A stretch of DNA of 63,253 nucleotides, filler included. It is 3 parts of 3 records of this genome, joined end to end, with 100 filler letters (N's around TTAATTAATTAA, not from the genome) between each part and the next. Parts side by side here need not be neighbours in the genome. Positions count along the whole stretch, not along the records: positions 23,440 to 53,784 come from SRR31156797_708; 2 more parts are not named here. One strand, 5' to 3'. A model generated the notes under the pieces. It searched no databases, was not told the origin of the DNA, and worked only from the letters and a program-made list of their open reading frames with translations. Position 1 is the stretch's first letter; each line of letters starts with the position of its first letter. Below are positions 26,407-37,364 of this stretch, in pieces. The translations under genes were made by a program, and so were the position numbers.

Positions 26407-27291
26407 ATGGCAAATACTGATTTTAAACAACAAAGTTATACCGCTCACGAGCAACACTATAAAAGCAACCAAAAAGTTTTTAGACGACTTGAAAATAAAG
26501 ATAGCATTGACTTTTGGCGTCACGAAAGAATGTACAAAACGCTAACGCCTTTTCTATCGGATAAAAATGATAAGTGGCTAACGGTTGGCGATGGTATTGG
26601 TACAGATGCTAATTGGCTACAGGATCAACAGGCAAAAGTAATTGCTTCAGATATTTCGGATTTTATTTTAAAGCAAGCTAAAGAGCAAGGCTATATTCAG
26701 GAATTTTCGAAAGAGAACGCAGAACACATCAGCTTTGACGACAATAGTTTTGCCTATACCTTTTGCAAAGAAGCTTATCATCATTTCCCCCGCCCATATT
26801 TAGCTTTGTACGAAATGATCAGAGTTTCATCTAAAGCTGTAATTTTAATTGAGCCTGAAGATATTGGCATACAAATGCCCATCATCGTATTATTAAAGAA
26901 TATCCTCGATCGCTTTTCTCCTTCTTTAATTAATAAAGTATGGAAAAACCGCTTCTCATTCGAAGAAGTAGGTAATTACGTGTATAAAATATCTGAACGT
27001 GAGTTAGAGAAAGTGGCCATGGGAATTAATTTACCTTGCATTGCTTTTAAAGGAATTAACGATTATTATACCACAAAACTCGATTTATCAGAACCTACAA
27101 GTAATACTAAAATATTGGAGAAGGTGAAATCAAAAATTAGTTTTAAAAATTTCCTTTGCCGTTTAGGACTCATTCCTTATCAGCTTAAAACTTGTGTTAT
27201 TTTTAAAGAAGAACCATCTCAACAAGTAAAAAGTAGTATGAAAGATAGGGGTTACAAAATTGTTGAAATGGCTAAGAACCCATACATATAA
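26407..27291 (+). CDS. Class I SAM-dependent methyltransferase
   Basis: LTVGDGIG motif I, ASDIS, FDDNSF, HHF...IEP. Confidence 0.8.
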   Translation: MANTDFKQQSYTAHEQHYKSNQKVFRRLENKDSIDFWRHERMYKTLTPFLSDKNDKWLTVGDGIGTDANWLQDQQAKVIASDISDFILKQAKEQGYIQEFSKENAEHISFDDNSFAYTFCKEAYHHFPRPYLALYEMIRVSSKAVILIEPEDIGIQMPIIVLLKNILDRFSPSLINKVWKNRFSFEEVGNYVYKISERELEKVAMGINLPCIAFKGINDYYTTKLDLSEPTSNTKILEKVKSKISFKNFLCRLGLIPYQLKTCVIFKEEPSQQVKSSMKDRGYKIVEMAKNPYI

Positions 27292-27428
27292 AAGAAATTA
27301 TCCGAAGAATGTGATACTAGCTCCCCCAATTATTTCTCTTTCTTAAAAAAGCCATATAAATCATATTTTTTTTCTTAAAGCAATTATAACTTGCATTTTT
27401 AATAAAACAATCAATAAAAACATAGCTT

Positions 27429-29516
27429 ATGCTCAAGATTTTCTCTTTTTTAGCAATTACTACCTTGCTTTTTTCGGGGTGTGCGCAAAATGCAACAGAA
27501 ACAGCTGATGGTTTTACCAATAAGGATATTGTTCTACCTAGTGATCGTCTTTCTCCTGAAGCTCTTTGGCAATTAGGCCGAATTGGTGATGTTTCGGTTT
27601 CTAATGATCAAAAATTTGTATTATACACGGTGGCTTATACCGATATTAAAGCTAACAAATCGTTCAAAGATGTTTATCTGTTAGATTTAGGAACGAAAGA
27701 ATCGAAGCAAATCACAAATTCTAAGCTTAACGAGAACAGTGTTAAATTTAAACCTGGTCAGGAAAAAATTACTTTTCTTTCATCAGAATCCGGCTCCAGC
27801 CAAATTTGGGAAATGAACCTACAAGGGACAGACAAAACGCAATTAACTGATATTGATGGTGATATTTCTGATTATTTGTTTTCTCCCGATGGAAAGCAGT
27901 TAATGTATACCATGGAGGTTAAAGTGGATAAAGATATCCACGACAGATATCCGGATTTACCGGAAGCAAACGCGAGAATCGAAGATGATATTATGTATCG
28001 CCACTGGGATACCTGGGAAGATGGCTTATATTGTCATATTTTTATAGCTGAAGTTGGCGAAGGATTAATTAAAAAAGAAAACATAGAGCTTTTAGAAGGT
28101 AAAAGCTACGACTCTCCACTTAAACCCTTTGGTGGAATTGAGCAAATTACCTGGACTCCGGATTCGAAAAGCCTTGCTTATTCTTGCAAGAAAATGGTGG
28201 GCAAAGCGTATGCCGAATCCACCAATTCAGATATTTACCTGTATAATATTGCCGATCAAACAACAAAAAACTTAACCAGCCATAATAAAGGGTACGATCT
28301 TAATCCTTTGTTCTCGCCTGACGGAAAATATATGGCTTGGGAAAGCATGGAAAGAGATGGCTACGAAGCGGATAAAAACCGTTTAATGGTGCTTGAATTA
28401 GAAACGGGCAAAATACGTGACTATACACTAAATTTTGATCAGGATGCAAGTTCATTGACATGGACATCAGACAGTAAAAACATCTATTTCATTAGCAATT
28501 ACCATGGTAATAATGAAATCTATTCCGTAAATATTTCCAACGCAGAAATTTCAAGAATTACCAATGGAATTCACAATTTCTATGCTGTTTATCCATTAAG
28601 CGATAAGTTAATTGCCACCAAAGGATCGATGAATCACCCAACTGAAATTTATGAAGTTGAAACTCAAAGTGGCAAATACGAAGAACTTTCTTTTGTAAAC
28701 AAAGATATACTGGCTCAACTTAAAATGGGTAAAGTGGAAAGCCGATGGATTACAACTACGGATAACAAACAAATGCAAACCTGGGTAATATATCCACCTA
28801 ACTTCGACCCAAATAAGAAGTATCCAACTTTGCTGTATTGTCAGGGAGGTCCACAAAGTACTATTAGCCAGTTCTGGAGTTTACGATGGAATTTTCAGTT
28901 AATGGCTGCCAACGATTATATTATTGTTGCACCTAACCGAAGAGGATTACCTGGTTTTGGACAGGAATGGAATGAGCAAATCAGCGGTGACTACGGTGGC
29001 CAGAACATGAAAGATTATTTTAGCGCCATAGATGCTCTTGCCAAGGAACCTTATGTTGATGAAGACAAGTTAGGAGCTATTGGGGCCAGCTATGGTGGTT
29101 TCTCCATTTATTGGTTAGCCGGTCATCATAATAAAAGATTTAAAGCATTGGTATCGCATTGTGGTTTGTTTAATCTAGAACAAATGTATGCCACTACCGA
29201 AGAAATGTTTTTTGTGAACTGGGATATGAAAGGTGCTTATTGGGAAAAAGACAATAAAATTGCACAGCGTACGTATGCTAATTCTCCACACCGCTTTATT
29301 GGCAATTGGGATACCCCGATCTTAGTTATTCATGGCGCAAAGGACTTCAGGGTACCATATGGACAGGGAATGGGTGCTTTTAATAGTGCTATTATGAAAG
29401 GTGTTCCTGCCAGGTTTTTATTCTTTCCGGAAGAAAGCCATTGGGTACTTTCTCCACAAAATGGTGTTTTATGGCACCGCGAATTCTTTAGATTTTTAGA
29501 TTCATACCTGAAATAA
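27429..29516 (+). CDS. S9 family peptidase (lipoprotein)
   Basis: Lipobox FSGC, beta-propeller repeats, GASYGG, DFRV, ESH. Confidence 0.92.
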   Translation: MLKIFSFLAITTLLFSGCAQNATETADGFTNKDIVLPSDRLSPEALWQLGRIGDVSVSNDQKFVLYTVAYTDIKANKSFKDVYLLDLGTKESKQITNSKLNENSVKFKPGQEKITFLSSESGSSQIWEMNLQGTDKTQLTDIDGDISDYLFSPDGKQLMYTMEVKVDKDIHDRYPDLPEANARIEDDIMYRHWDTWEDGLYCHIFIAEVGEGLIKKENIELLEGKSYDSPLKPFGGIEQITWTPDSKSLAYSCKKMVGKAYAESTNSDIYLYNIADQTTKNLTSHNKGYDLNPLFSPDGKYMAWESMERDGYEADKNRLMVLELETGKIRDYTLNFDQDASSLTWTSDSKNIYFISNYHGNNEIYSVNISNAEISRITNGIHNFYAVYPLSDKLIATKGSMNHPTEIYEVETQSGKYEELSFVNKDILAQLKMGKVESRWITTTDNKQMQTWVIYPPNFDPNKKYPTLLYCQGGPQSTISQFWSLRWNFQLMAANDYIIVAPNRRGLPGFGQEWNEQISGDYGGQNMKDYFSAIDALAKEPYVDEDKLGAIGASYGGFSIYWLAGHHNKRFKALVSHCGLFNLEQMYATTEEMFFVNWDMKGAYWEKDNKIAQRTYANSPHRFIGNWDTPILVIHGAKDFRVPYGQGMGAFNSAIMKGVPARFLFFPEESHWVLSPQNGVLWHREFFRFLDSYLK

Positions 29517-29523
29517 GAAATAC

Positions 29524-29558
29524 AAAAGGGAGTTAGTTTTTACAATTAACTCCCTTTT
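29524..29558. terminator. Bidirectional terminator
   Basis: AAAAGGGAGTTA...TAACTCCCTTTT. Confidence 0.7.
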
Positions 29559-29568
29559 ATTCTAGATA

Positions 29569-30291
29569 TCATTTCATATCCCTTATCCTGACTTCTATAT
29601 CTGTACTACTTAAAAGTTGCTGAATGATTTTGGTATCCGTTTCTCCATAATGATATGGATACAAAATTTTAGGATTTATCATTTTAGCTGCATCAACTGT
29701 CATTTCAGGAGTCATGGTATAAGGCAGGTTCATTGGTAAAAAGGCCACAGCTATATCTTTAAGGTCATTCATTTCAGGAATGTTCTCTGTATCCCCTGCT
29801 ACATAAACCGAAACTCCATCAATTAAAAATACATAACCGTTTCCCTCTCCTTTAGGGTGAAAAGGTTGACCAGAATCTCTTTTATGAACTAAATTATAAG
29901 CCGGCACAACCTGAACTTTCAAATATTCAAATTCTTGACTATCGCCATTTTTTAGATACTGAATATTAGAAAACCCACTTAATCCATCTGCACAAACTTT
30001 AGGCGCTACAATCACTGTTTGCGCGTCATTTATTTTTTCAATCGCATTTTTATCCAGATGGTCACGATGCTGATGCGTAATAAAAATATAATCTGCTTTA
30101 GGCAATTGGCTATAATCTGCCACTTTAGTCCAGGGATCAATATGCACTACCTTTCCCTCATATTCTAAATACAAAGTCCCATGACCTAAGAAATGTAATA
30201 TCAATGATCCATTTTTGCTTGGAATAGTATCTTGCCCCTTCATTATCAAAGGGGTAATCATTATTAGAAATATGATCAGTTTACTTTTCAT
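29569..30291 (-). CDS. Metallo-beta-lactamase fold hydrolase
   Basis: ITHQHRDH, AGDT, PYHY motifs; signal-peptide-like start MKSKLII. Confidence 0.85.
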   Translation of the reverse strand: MKSKLIIFLIMITPLIMKGQDTIPSKNGSLILHFLGHGTLYLEYEGKVVHIDPWTKVADYSQLPKADYIFITHQHRDHLDKNAIEKINDAQTVIVAPKVCADGLSGFSNIQYLKNGDSQEFEYLKVQVVPAYNLVHKRDSGQPFHPKGEGNGYVFLIDGVSVYVAGDTENIPEMNDLKDIAVAFLPMNLPYTMTPEMTVDAAKMINPKILYPYHYGETDTKIIQQLLSSTDIEVRIRDMK

Positions 30292-30586
30292 TATATAATT
30301 TTTAAAGAACAACATCACAAAAACACCGTTTTTAGCATTTTTTAAAAACCATATCTATGGTATTCTGTTATTGAATTAGGACAATTATCTTACGAATAAG
30401 TTTAAATGCAACCGAAATAATTATCTAAATATCAATCTATTATTCAAACCAAAAGTTACAAGAAGGTCTTTCAATTAAAATAGAACTGGCATATAACTAC
30501 CCATTATACAACTAAAATGTACCTTCCTGATTCATGAAGCATATGTTCAGACTTATTGCAATTAAGAGATTCAAAAAATATTATTC

Positions 30587-31597
30587 ATGCAAACAGAACA
30601 GAAAAAACAAAACAAAACTTTACCTAATTGGATCGAGATCATATCCAGATACAACAAACCTAAACTCTCAAAGAGTATTTGGCAAATCATTAATTCGCTT
30701 ATACCCTATGTTGTTTTATGGTATCTAATGATAATTAGCATTGAGGTATCTTATTGGATTACTTTGGGTCTGTCAGTTATCGCAGCTGGATTCTTAATAC
30801 GTATTTTCATCATATTTCATGACTGTGTGCATGGTTCTTTTTTTAAAAAGAGAAAGTATAATACGTATGTAGGTGTTTTCCTTGGATTGTTTGCTTTTAC
30901 ACCGTTTCACAGATGGCAAAATGATCATATGATTCATCACAATACAGTTGGAAATTTAGACCAACGTGGAATTGGCGATGTAAGTACTTTAACAGTGAAC
31001 GAATACCTGAGTCTTTCCAAATGGAAAAGACTTAAATATCGCGTTTACCGACACCCTATATTCTTATTTGGAATAGCGCCATTACTTCATTTTGGCTTAC
31101 AATATCGATTTACCGTAAAACGTTTGCCAAAAAAGATTAAAAGAAATGTTCATCTAACTAATTTAGCCTTAGTTACCCTTGTATTTGGCTTAATTTGGCT
31201 TATGGGTTGGAAGACTTATCTAATGATTCAACTACCCATATTATATATAGCAACGAGTCATGGAATATGGCTATTCTATGTACAACATCAGTTTGAGAGT
31301 GTAGTTTGGACCAACGCTACTAACTGGGATTACAAGACTATGGCTTTGGAAGGGTCTTCTTATTTCAAACTTCCAATCTTATTACAATGGTTTACAGGAA
31401 ATATTGGATTTCATCATATTCACCACCTTTCTCCAATAATTCCATTTTATAATTTACCTCGGTGTCATAAAGAAAATGAGCTATTTCAAAAGATTAAACC
31501 TATTACGTTTTTTACTGCCTTCAAATCTTTGAGATTGCGTTTATGGGATGAAAAAAGACAGAAACTTATTCATTTTAAAGAAATTGCCAAAGCATAA
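30587..31597 (+). CDS. Membrane fatty acid desaturase
   Basis: His boxes HDCVH, HMIHH, HHIHH. Confidence 0.92.
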   Translation: MQTEQKKQNKTLPNWIEIISRYNKPKLSKSIWQIINSLIPYVVLWYLMIISIEVSYWITLGLSVIAAGFLIRIFIIFHDCVHGSFFKKRKYNTYVGVFLGLFAFTPFHRWQNDHMIHHNTVGNLDQRGIGDVSTLTVNEYLSLSKWKRLKYRVYRHPIFLFGIAPLLHFGLQYRFTVKRLPKKIKRNVHLTNLALVTLVFGLIWLMGWKTYLMIQLPILYIATSHGIWLFYVQHQFESVVWTNATNWDYKTMALEGSSYFKLPILLQWFTGNIGFHHIHHLSPIIPFYNLPRCHKENELFQKIKPITFFTAFKSLRLRLWDEKRQKLIHFKEIAKA

Positions 31598-31658
31598 AAA
31601 CAAAAAAGCGCCAATTCAAATTTGAAAAGGCGCTTAGTTAATGCTTTAAGTTTTGATA

Positions 31659-33059
31659 TTAACTATTGGCTAATTCTATCAACTGTTTTTTAATCACGTC
31701 TTGGCTAGAAGGTCTTTGTGCATTGGCATCCACAAGCTTTCCTTCTTTATCTATTAAAATAAAACGAGGAATACCTTTAATTGCATAATTTTTAATAATA
31801 TCAGAATTCCATTCTTTATCTGCATATAGCTGATATCCTTTTAATTCTTTTTCAGTCACCATTTTTTTCCATGAATCTTTATCTCCATCAATGGAAATAC
31901 TAACAAAGGCAATATCCTCATGATGCAATTCTTCTTCCATCGCTTTTAAGTGAGGAATCTCTCCACGACAAGGTCCACACCAGGTAGCCCATACATCAAT
32001 ATAAATTACCTTTCCTTTTAAATCTTCAGAACTCACCAATTGGCCATTTACATCCTGATAAGAAAATGTAGGTGCAGCGCTTCCCGGCTTAAGAGATTCT
32101 AACTTAGACAACAAATTTTCGAAATCCTGAATATAGTCCTGATTTTTTATCATCTCTTTATAACGATTTTTATAAACCGTCTTTTCTTCTTCTGTTGCAT
32201 AGGTATAAGATGAAATAGTTTGACGCCCAAGCATATCCTTAACTTCCTGCGAGGCCTGGAGACTAACAATTAAATCAATGTGTTTATTAAGTCTATCAGC
32301 AGAACCCGTTTCTAAACCTTGTTCATCCAGCTGTTTTTCAATGTTTGATTCGTGTTTTTGCAATACGAAATATTTATAGGTACTGATTTCTTTAAAAAAA
32401 GTAGCATTGTCTAAAGCAATGTCATCGCCCATTGAATAAAATTCTACCGGTATAGGAGTTGTATCCTGAGGAGCTAATCGATTATGATACATGGTGTAAT
32501 ACATGTATTTTTCGCACATCTCAATTTTTGTAATGAGGTCAATTCTTTCTAAAAAGTGAGAAGAAGAGCTTCCTGACTGCTTAAATGAATCTACTTTTGT
32601 TACAACGTTTCCATAATATTCATCAACTTTTGCCTTGAAGTCGGCTGATGGCAACATTAATGTTTGACGGAAATTATCCATGATATCATAGGATTTAAGA
32701 TCGAACATTAATTGAGTTTCCGCTGAACCCTCACCGTTTATTTGTATAGATTGATAAGCGCCAGCTTTCAATTGATCCACATCAATATTAAAAGTTAATG
32801 CTGCGCCTGGTTTTAAGTACATTTGGAAACCATATTTTCCAACAGAAAACTCATAAATACCAGGTTCTTTTACTAATAATTCACCCTGAAAATTACCCTC
32901 TTTAAGCATTAAAGTATCCTTGGTATCCCATAATTGACTGGAAATTACAAGTGACTCAGCATTACTATTTTGGATAGAACCACTAATTGAAGCTTTTGGC
33001 GGCTTTGAATTACAGGCAAAGAATAAGGTCATCAGACCTAAATAAAACAGCTTTTTCAT
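31659..33059 (-). CDS. TlpA-family thiol-disulfide oxidoreductase lipoprotein
   Basis: Lipobox FFAC; WATWCGPC; GIPRF. Confidence 0.88.
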   Translation of the reverse strand: MKKLFYLGLMTLFFACNSKPPKASISGSIQNSNAESLVISSQLWDTKDTLMLKEGNFQGELLVKEPGIYEFSVGKYGFQMYLKPGAALTFNIDVDQLKAGAYQSIQINGEGSAETQLMFDLKSYDIMDNFRQTLMLPSADFKAKVDEYYGNVVTKVDSFKQSGSSSSHFLERIDLITKIEMCEKYMYYTMYHNRLAPQDTTPIPVEFYSMGDDIALDNATFFKEISTYKYFVLQKHESNIEKQLDEQGLETGSADRLNKHIDLIVSLQASQEVKDMLGRQTISSYTYATEEEKTVYKNRYKEMIKNQDYIQDFENLLSKLESLKPGSAAPTFSYQDVNGQLVSSEDLKGKVIYIDVWATWCGPCRGEIPHLKAMEEELHHEDIAFVSISIDGDKDSWKKMVTEKELKGYQLYADKEWNSDIIKNYAIKGIPRFILIDKEGKLVDANAQRPSSQDVIKKQLIELANS

Positions 33060-33309
33060 TTGTTTGATTTTATTGTTGATTGAAAAATGTGAATAGCCGA
33101 CTAAAATAAAAAGATTCGATAATTAACAAAGAAACATCTATCATGTTACTTTGAAATGCTTTAGTTTTTGTATTGCTTTAGAATGAATAAAATCTTTCTG
33201 GACTGCAATCATACTTTTTTATATCTTTATGCGCGTTTTGCATGCATCATTAATGCAATAACCATAAGCCTGTTCTGTTGAGAACTGGCTTTGCCGGAAA
33301 AATAAAAAA

Positions 33310-34188
33310 ATGGGTAAAAAAGATAACATACATACCAAACGCCAGCTTCGTAATTCTTATTTTACAACTGTTATTAGTATTGCACTTGTATTGTTTTTAC
33401 TTGGTGCTGTTGGATATTTAATGCTCAACGCCCAACGATTATCCAATTACGTAAAGGAAAATATTGGTTTTAATGTGGTATTGAAAGACAATGTTCGCGA
33501 AGCAGAAGTGCGCAGACTACAAAAATATCTGGATGCATCCTCGTATGTAAAATCAACCGAATACATTGATAAAGAAAGAGCAGCTCAGGAATTAAAAGAA
33601 GAGTTAGGTGAGGATTTTGTTGACTTTTTGGGATACAATCCTTTGCTTTCTTCTATAGAAGTGAAGCTATTTGCTGAATATGCTAATCCGGACAGCATTA
33701 AAAATGTAGAAGAAATATTCAGTTCCTTTCCGCAGGTAAAAGAAGTTTACTATCAAAAAAACCTGATTGAAAAAGTAAATGAAAATGTAAACAGAATCAG
33801 TTTGGTACTGCTTTCTTTTAGTGCTTTATTATTACTAATTGCCATTGCCTTAATCAACAACACCATACGTTTGTCAGTTTATGCCAAACGCTTTCTAATT
33901 AATACGATGCAACTGGTTGGCGCAACCAAAGGATTTATACGGCAACCTTTTATTAGCACCAGCATTTTTCATGGATTTGTTGGAGGTGTTGTAGCTAATG
34001 GAATGTTGGCTGCCGGAATTTATATTTTACATAAAGAACTGGGAGGTTTTATCGGCTTTGATAATATTGAATTAATCGGGGTATTGTTTATCCTTGTCAT
34101 TTTTGTAGGAATATCTTTATCCTTGATTTCAACCTTTTTTGCTGTAAATAAATATTTAAGATTAAAAACAGACCAATTATACTTTTAA
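33310..34188 (+). CDS. ftsX: Cell division permease FtsX
   Basis: INNTIRL, MQLVGAT..FIR.PF motifs; four TM segments. Confidence 0.9.
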   Translation: MGKKDNIHTKRQLRNSYFTTVISIALVLFLLGAVGYLMLNAQRLSNYVKENIGFNVVLKDNVREAEVRRLQKYLDASSYVKSTEYIDKERAAQELKEELGEDFVDFLGYNPLLSSIEVKLFAEYANPDSIKNVEEIFSSFPQVKEVYYQKNLIEKVNENVNRISLVLLSFSALLLLIAIALINNTIRLSVYAKRFLINTMQLVGATKGFIRQPFISTSIFHGFVGGVVANGMLAAGIYILHKELGGFIGFDNIELIGVLFILVIFVGISLSLISTFFAVNKYLRLKTDQLYF

Positions 34189-34197
34189 TAACTTGCT

Positions 34198-34449
34198 ATG
34201 TCGAACAACAAACAAGAGAAAAAATTTGAATTTGCCCTATCCAAAGAAAACTACATGCTGATGGCTATTGGTTTTGCCATTGTTATTTTAGGATTTATTT
34301 TAATGATTGGCGGCAGAAGTGAAGACCCGAATGTTTTCAATGAAGAAATATATGGATTTCAAAGAATTACCTTAGCTCCAATGTTGGTATTGGCTGGATT
34401 TATCTTTGAGATTTATGCCATCATGAAAAAACCAAAAGAAAAAAAGTAA
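34198..34449 (+). CDS. DUF3098-like membrane protein
   Basis: Two TM helices, RITLAP motif, between ftsX and uppP. Confidence 0.8.
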   Translation: MSNNKQEKKFEFALSKENYMLMAIGFAIVILGFILMIGGRSEDPNVFNEEIYGFQRITLAPMLVLAGFIFEIYAIMKKPKEKK

Positions 34450-34479
34450 TTCTAAAAACATCTTATTACCTCTCTTTTT

Positions 34480-35268
34480 ATGAATTGGATAGAAGCACTG
34501 ATCCTTGGAATTATTCAGGGTTTAACTGAATTTTTACCCGTTAGTAGCAGTGGTCACCTCGAGATTGGGAAACACTTATTGGGCGTTGAAGCCACCGACA
34601 ATTTAACGTTTACAGTGGTTGTGCATGGAGCTACCGTGTTGAGTACCATCGTTGTTTTCAGAAAAGACTTAGCCCAATTAATTTCAGGGCTATTTGCATT
34701 TAAATGGAACGAGGAAACACAATACATTTTTAAAATTGCAGTCAGCATGATTCCCATTGGTATTGTGGGCGTATTTTTTAAAGATTATGTAGAAGAGTTA
34801 TTCAATACGGATAAGATCATGCTATTAGTTGGTTTTATGCTATTGATAACCGCTATCTTACTTGCATTTACATTTTATGCTAAGGCAAAAGAAAAGGATG
34901 TTTCTTTTAAAGATGCTTTTATAATTGGGATAGCTCAAACTATTGCCGTATTGCCGGGTGTATCAAGATCCGGTTCTACTATTGCCACCGGTTTACTGCT
35001 TGGGAATAAAAAAGAAGCGGTGGCTAAATTTTCATTTTTAATGGTGTTGATCCCTATATTAGGAGAAAACATATTAAGCTTATTAAAAGATGATTTTACA
35101 GCTTCGGGATCCATTGGAGCCATTCCTCTCATTGCAGGTTTTATTGCCGCTTTTGTTTCGGGGCTTTTAGCCTGTAAAGCCATGATAAAAGTGGTGAAAA
35201 AAGGCAAGCTGATATACTTTGCTGTGTACTGCGCAGTAGTAGGTATCATAGCCATCATATTTTCATAG
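34480..35268 (+). CDS. uppP: Undecaprenyl-diphosphatase
   Basis: [14 protein letters not shown] and PGVSRSG. Confidence 0.95.
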   Translation: MNWIEALILGIIQGLTEFLPVSSSGHLEIGKHLLGVEATDNLTFTVVVHGATVLSTIVVFRKDLAQLISGLFAFKWNEETQYIFKIAVSMIPIGIVGVFFKDYVEELFNTDKIMLLVGFMLLITAILLAFTFYAKAKEKDVSFKDAFIIGIAQTIAVLPGVSRSGSTIATGLLLGNKKEAVAKFSFLMVLIPILGENILSLLKDDFTASGSIGAIPLIAGFIAAFVSGLLACKAMIKVVKKGKLIYFAVYCAVVGIIAIIFS

Positions 35269-35346
35269 TAAAAATTTAAAATACAAATATTTGCAATTGC
35301 CGGTTGAGTTTTATCTTCCGGCAATTCTTGTGTAATTCAAAAACAA

Positions 35347-36054
35347 ATGGAAGAAATCGACATCAAACCCGGAGGGTATGCATTTAAGGATGGGGAGGTT
35401 TTATTGTTTGATAAACCATACGAATGGACCTCTTTTGACTTGGTAAACAAAGTTAGAAGAAAAATATGCCAGGCACTTGGCGTTAAAAAAATAAAGGTTG
35501 GTCATGCCGGAACATTAGATCCTTTGGCTACCGGATTATTAATTATTTGCACCGGAAAGGCCACTAAAACCATAGATAACTACCAGGCGCAGGAGAAAGA
35601 ATACATCGCTACGCTAAAACTTGGAGCAACTACGCCCTCTTTTGATTTAGAAACAGATATTGATAAAACCTATCCAACCGACCATATTAACCGGGAGTTA
35701 ATAGATACAACGTTAAAAAACTTTATTGGCGAATTAGATCAGGTTCCTCCTGCTTTTTCTGCTGTAAAAGTAAAAGGCAAAAGAGCTTATGAACTCGCCC
35801 GTGAAGGTAAAGATCCAGGATTAAAACCTAAAAAACTGATAATTACAGAAATTGAGGTTTTGGGATTTGAAAACTTAGAATTAACCCTAAGAATTGTATG
35901 CAGTAAAGGAACTTACATAAGAGGATTAGCTCGTGATATTGGTTATGCTTTGGATAGTGGCGCTCACTTAAATGCTTTAAAAAGAACACGAATTGGCGAG
36001 TATAAACTAAGCGAATCAATAGATTTAGCTACATTTGAAAAAAAATTAAAATAA
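35347..36054 (+). CDS. truB: tRNA pseudouridine(55) synthase
   Basis: KVGHAGTLDPLATG, CSKGTYIR. Confidence 0.96.
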   Translation: MEEIDIKPGGYAFKDGEVLLFDKPYEWTSFDLVNKVRRKICQALGVKKIKVGHAGTLDPLATGLLIICTGKATKTIDNYQAQEKEYIATLKLGATTPSFDLETDIDKTYPTDHINRELIDTTLKNFIGELDQVPPAFSAVKVKGKRAYELAREGKDPGLKPKKLIITEIEVLGFENLELTLRIVCSKGTYIRGLARDIGYALDSGAHLNALKRTRIGEYKLSESIDLATFEKKLK

Positions 36055-36239
36055 TTTGTAACCTTTGCCAAAACCTTACGTATAAGGTTGCTCTTGTCCG
36101 TATGTCAACTAATTATCACATATTCAAGATATGTGATAAGTTTTTTATAGCATAAACAAGGGGCAAAATCCACTCCCATGAGGAATGGGAAATAAACAGA
36201 ATAGAAATTCAGTTGTTGATAAAATAAATTAATTACGAA

Positions 36240-37289
36240 ATGAAGTTATCGAAGTTTAAGTACAACCTTCCTGAAGAACTAATTGCACTACACCCTGCAC
36301 AAAACCGCGACGAAGCCCGAATGCTTGTTTTAGATAGAGAAACAGGTGCTATTGAGCACAAAGTATTTAAAGAGCTGATTGATTATTTTGATGATCAGGA
36401 TGTAATGATTTTCAACAACACAAAAGTATTTCCTGCGCGTCTTTACGGTAACAAAGAAAAAACTGGAGCTGAAATCGAAGTATTCTTATTAAGAGAGTTA
36501 AACCAGGAGCAAAAACTTTGGGACGTTTTGGTTGATCCAGCCAGAAAAATAAGAATTGGTAATAAACTTTACTTTGGCGAAAACGATGAAATGGTTGCTG
36601 AGGTAATTGACAACACTACATCAAGAGGACGTACTTTACGCTTTTTATACGACGGTTCGCACGAAGAATTTAAAAGAGCCTTATTTGCTTTAGGTGAAAC
36701 ACCACTTCCAAAGATGATAAACCGTAAAGTTGAGCCGGAAGACGGTGAGCGTTATCAAACCATTTATGCAAAACACGAAGGAGCTGTAGCTGCACCAACA
36801 GCTGGTATGCACTTTAGTCGTGAGCTTATGAAACGCCTTGAAATTATTGGTGTAAACTTTGCCGAAGTAACGTTGCACGTAGGTTTAGGAAACTTCAGAT
36901 CTGTAGATGTTGAAGACTTAACCAAGCATAAGATGGATTCTGAGCAAATTTTCATTACCGATAAGGCTTGCGATATCATTAATAAAGGTAAAGATGAACG
37001 CAGAAAGATATGTGCAGTTGGAACAACAGTAATGAGAACCATTGAAAGTTCAGTTTCTACTTTTGGTCATGTTAAACCTTTTGAAGGATGGACAAACAAA
37101 TTTATTTTCCCTCCTTACGAATTTAACGTAGCAAACTGTATGGTTTCTAACCTCCATATGCCATTATCCACTTTAATGATGATGTCGGCAGCATTCGCAG
37201 GTTACGACCATTTAATGAATGCATATGATGTTGCAGTGAAGGAAAAATACCGTTTTGGTACTTATGGTGATGCCATGTTAATTATCTAA
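36240..37289 (+). CDS. queA: S-adenosylmethionine:tRNA ribosyltransferase-isomerase
   Basis: [31 protein letters not shown]. Confidence 0.96.
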   Translation: MKLSKFKYNLPEELIALHPAQNRDEARMLVLDRETGAIEHKVFKELIDYFDDQDVMIFNNTKVFPARLYGNKEKTGAEIEVFLLRELNQEQKLWDVLVDPARKIRIGNKLYFGENDEMVAEVIDNTTSRGRTLRFLYDGSHEEFKRALFALGETPLPKMINRKVEPEDGERYQTIYAKHEGAVAAPTAGMHFSRELMKRLEIIGVNFAEVTLHVGLGNFRSVDVEDLTKHKMDSEQIFITDKACDIINKGKDERRKICAVGTTVMRTIESSVSTFGHVKPFEGWTNKFIFPPYEFNVANCMVSNLHMPLSTLMMMSAAFAGYDHLMNAYDVAVKEKYRFGTYGDAMLII

Positions 37290-37318
37290 GAAATATTTCA
37301 TCCATAAAAATATAGAAG

Positions 37319-37356
37319 CAGCGCCATGAATACCGGATTCATGGCGCTGTTTTTTT
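37319..37356 (+). terminator. Terminator after queA
   Basis: CAGCGCCATGAAT-ACCGG-ATTCATGGCGCTG plus T run. Confidence 0.75.
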
Positions 37357-37364
37357 GAATACTC

